NCBI GenBank assembly: GCA_012026655.1
Contig: JAAILG010000923.1
Coordinates: 1-64,000 of the forward strand
Origin: Hydrolagus affinis
Taxonomy: Eukaryota
Reading direction: 5' to 3'
DNA length: 64,000 bases
Below, piece after piece: positions 60,780 through 64,000 of this stretch. The stretch's first letter is position 1. Each line of letters opens with the position of its first letter. The position numbers and the translations under genes are program-made. The notes below the pieces were generated by a model, which had not been told where the DNA came from, made no database searches, and was given only the letters and a program-made list of their open reading frames with translations.

Positions 60780-61704
60780 TGGGTTAACTCACTGGGCCAT
60801 CAAGGAATCTGTTGCAGCTATCTATATTTGCAGTTTATTGCAAATTTATGTACATAAATCACCTATTCTGGGAAGCCAGACTGTGTTGTTGAGGTTTGCA
60901 ATTGTTGTGTAAATATCAAAATGTCAAGTTAATTTGAGATATTCAAAATTTATTTAGCTGGATCTGACATGTTTCTCAGAAGATGCTTCATTAGTGTAAA
61001 ATGTTTGTGTGGTTTGACTCCCAGTGAATAGATTAATCCCCATTATAGCTTCATTACTGAAAGCCAGTGAAACATCTGAGTTTAGTAAATAGTCACCAAG
61101 AAATGACACACCATGGAAAGCTTTCAATTCAAGTTTTTAAAAGCAGAAGTTTAATTGGGTATTGTTCAACTTTAATTCTGCTTCAATTAACTGCTAGTAT
61201 TAAACAAATTAACATGGCGCTACGCAAATACTTTCTGAACAGAGAATTAAAGAATATATTTGTCAAAATAGTTTCTATCACCAATGTTATAGTGGTTAAA
61301 GGCCATAGAGAAAAAAGGGCTGCGGATTGAAATCCCAAGCTATGTCAAATCAGCTATTCTCAACCGTGGCATTAATGCTCACACTTGATCAGGATATTAA
61401 TGCTCATGCTTGATCGAGTTGGAGGAGTGCAACCAGCATCCGTACACCAACAAACAGACAATGCTTTCAGGAAAGGAGCAAAATTGGCAAGAAAAAGGGT
61501 ATTGTGAAAAATACACTAGAATACAGATAGATTGTACAGTTAAAATGTTCAAAACCAATCACTTTCCTAATTAAAGCAAAGCACAATGCTGTACAATACA
61601 TTCAATTACTTAGGATAATCAATACTAATCAACAGTATGATCTGCCCTATTCAAATAGCTACCAGAATCCATCCTATTCAACTACCTAACGTGGATCTGC
61701 ATTA

Positions 61705-61885
61705 TTTGATTGGTCATTTCAATCCACGATTGTTTGTGAGACGTTGCTGTGCACAATTGGCTGCCGCGTTTTGCCCACAAATATAGAGCCAATTTACTTT
61801 ACAGTACAGTATATTCTGTGAAGTTGTTTGATACATCTAGAAGATGTGAAAAACGCTGTATCAAATGCAAAGATTATTATCATTA
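61705..61885 (+). mobile_element. SINE 3' half
   Basis: TGCTGTGCACAATTGGCTGCCGCGTTT core plus family tail. Confidence 0.82.
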
Positions 61886-63799
61886 AATTACTACTTAACA
61901 TCAACAGCACTACTTACCTAGCCCAGATCTGCACCATTCTAACACATGTATTTCAGCCACAAATGTTAACACCAGTATTTTTTTCAATCTCACAAAAATC
62001 AAATCAAATAATTTATGTATACAATTCAGCGCAAAATTTTAATTCTTACATCCATGGATATTAGCGTGAACCCAAGCTGAAGCAAACATTGTTCACTTTG
62101 TTTGTTTTTGTCAATTTGGCAATTGTCTGGAAATTGTTGCAGTATATAAATAAAAGATGAAGTTTCCTTTCATCAAGGTGAAGTGTGTGTAACATGCTGA
62201 AATAGTTTACCACTGGGTGAAAACTCCAACATAGAGGGTAACCTTCACATTCTCCAAACGCTCTGCACTGCTAATTCCTGTTTAACACTGTGCCAGCAGT
62301 TCCAGGCTCAGGCTGTCTGTCATCCGTACCAAATAACAGAAAGGTCAATTCAATAGCAGAGTGCGTATTTGTAACTACTCTCAGTGGATCTACTTTGTCA
62401 TAGAGGCTGATGTAACTGTCACCTATTGTGTGAGGAGCACTGTGGCATGAATACTGAAACGCCTAAAGCGTAGCACAGGCAGGAGCACGGGACCAGATAG
62501 AAAGGCTTTGCTAAAGCTAAACAGAAGCAGCTAATGGAGATAATTATACAGTCAAATGCAGATCAATGGTGACTGGATTTTATAAGAAAAAAACACATTT
62601 CTTGGAATTAAGTTGTTTTGAAATTATAGAGCACAATTTATCAAATGTGCATTAATGACCTTGGTATGATATTCTGTGTTCTTGGTAATTTCACTTAGCA
62701 CTGTTGGTCTGAATTCAAATTCTGCATAAAAAATACATTGGTTCATGTATCTGTCTTATCATCACAAAACCATTCAACGTACTTCTCCAGGCAATTGCTG
62801 TCAGGTAAAGTGACTGTTTAGGTAAAAAAAACACAGCAGTTATTTCCACCAGTAAAATTTCCACAAATATGCATGGCGTGATGGATAAGTTAAACTTGGC
62901 CAGGATACTGGGAGAAATTCCCTTCTCCTTAAAATAGTTTCATAGGACTTTTTAAACATCCATCTGAACAAGCCAACATGATCGTGGTATTGTAACTCAT
63001 CTGAAAGGCGGTCCATCTGATGATGCAGAACTTCGAGGTAGGCATTGAGATACATTGAGATTGAGATACGCATTGAGATACAATCAATGATTACCAGAGA
63101 GGTCCTCATAATATAATGATAATAATTTATTGCTTTGATATACTGTACCATCTTATCCATGGTCGATACATTGCAAAATAAATGAGTTGGGCTTGCCATT
63201 CCTTATAGCTATCCAGTGACCCTGCTGGAAAATCTATGTATACATGGACTTTAATGAGACAGGATTGGACTTAGGCTTGATGTTACCCATATTATTTTAT
63301 AGGTTGATTTTTACTATCTGTGTTTGCACATAAAAATTACTTGGGGTGACTGGCCAGTGCCTATGGTATAATATATCAACAAAATTTAGTATTTTCCCAC
63401 TATTTTATGCACTTATGTGAATATACATTATAAATGGAAACCTATATAAATACTGTAGTTTGGATGGTTTGAAAATTTACAGCCAAGGACACGTTAATTA
63501 TGTCAGTGTATGAGTGAACGGTGACTATACTTTAGTCAACACACATCTCCTGTGAATATCAAACCTTTTTGATCTACAACAGTGTATTTTGCTGCCTGTG
63601 ATCAAAAATAACAGATATAAATTAGGAATGTTGAGAATCAGTCATAATTGAAAAATACTTTACAAAGGAAAATTAGCCAATGCTTAGCAATCAGGTGTTG
63701 AGTAATACATAGTTTCCTTGAATAAATAAAGTTTCATGTCCAGGTCAAGATAAATAACCTTATTTCAAATCCACACTGAATTGACCAATATTGCCTCAC

Positions 63800-63989
63800 C
63801 CCCTATGTAGCCTCCTTTAAGTCCTGCCTCAAGACCTTCCTCTTCGACAGTCCCATTGGTCGCCCCAGATCCCTTCCATTCCCTCCACCCTCCCTGACCC
63901 CAACTTGGGTCTAAAACATTGACTGTCCAGTGCCTTGGGATGTCCTCCCGATGTGAAAGGCACTATACAAACGTAATTTTGTTGTTGTA
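63800..63989 (+). mobile_element. L2 LINE 3' end
   Basis: FKSCLKTFLF, then GCCTTGGGATGTCCTCCCGATGTGAAAGGCACTATACAAACGTAATTTTGTTGTTG. Confidence 0.8.
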
Positions 63990-64000
63990 GGAATCTGGAA

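Noticed and set aside
59662-60912. Reverse transcriptase ORFs as a novel retron-like or domesticated RT gene
   Set aside because: Motifs are ordinary L2 LINE ORF2, frameshifted and truncated, with related fragments throughout the window; the plus-strand ORFs are antisense shadows.
62840-63199. 119-aa minus-strand ORF as an upstream PLCE1 exon
   Set aside because: No similarity to PLCE1 that I recognise; includes a short cattgagata repeat and repeat relics; no convincing splice sites.

Overview
AT-rich vertebrate genomic DNA. The repeat content and compact introns suggest a cartilaginous fish, possibly a chimaera (inference). The window holds two convergent, intron-rich genes. NOC3L is on the + strand: 19 coding exons, 565-12324, stop included, 5' exons outside the window. 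PLCE1 (phospholipase C epsilon 1) is on the - strand: 29 core coding exons, 58912 to 18842, covering RasGEF, PH/EF, catalytic X/Y, C2, RA1 and RA2, with the N-terminal exons outside the window. I hand-spliced both genes; every junction is GT-AG and phase-consistent. Introns carry L2 and CR1 LINE fragments, a tRNA-headed SINE family, Tc1/mariner-pogo type MITEs and several hairpins. Most ORF-track entries are exon-plus-intron read-through or noise. I see no clearly new biological system. The best leads are hidden PLCE1 exons that the ORF track does not resolve (a frame-coupled 62+28 nt pair and a 48-nt X-Y linker cassette with RBFOX/QKI motifs), an apparently shifted splice donor, a 3'UTR intron and a multi-hairpin element in a NOC3L intron.
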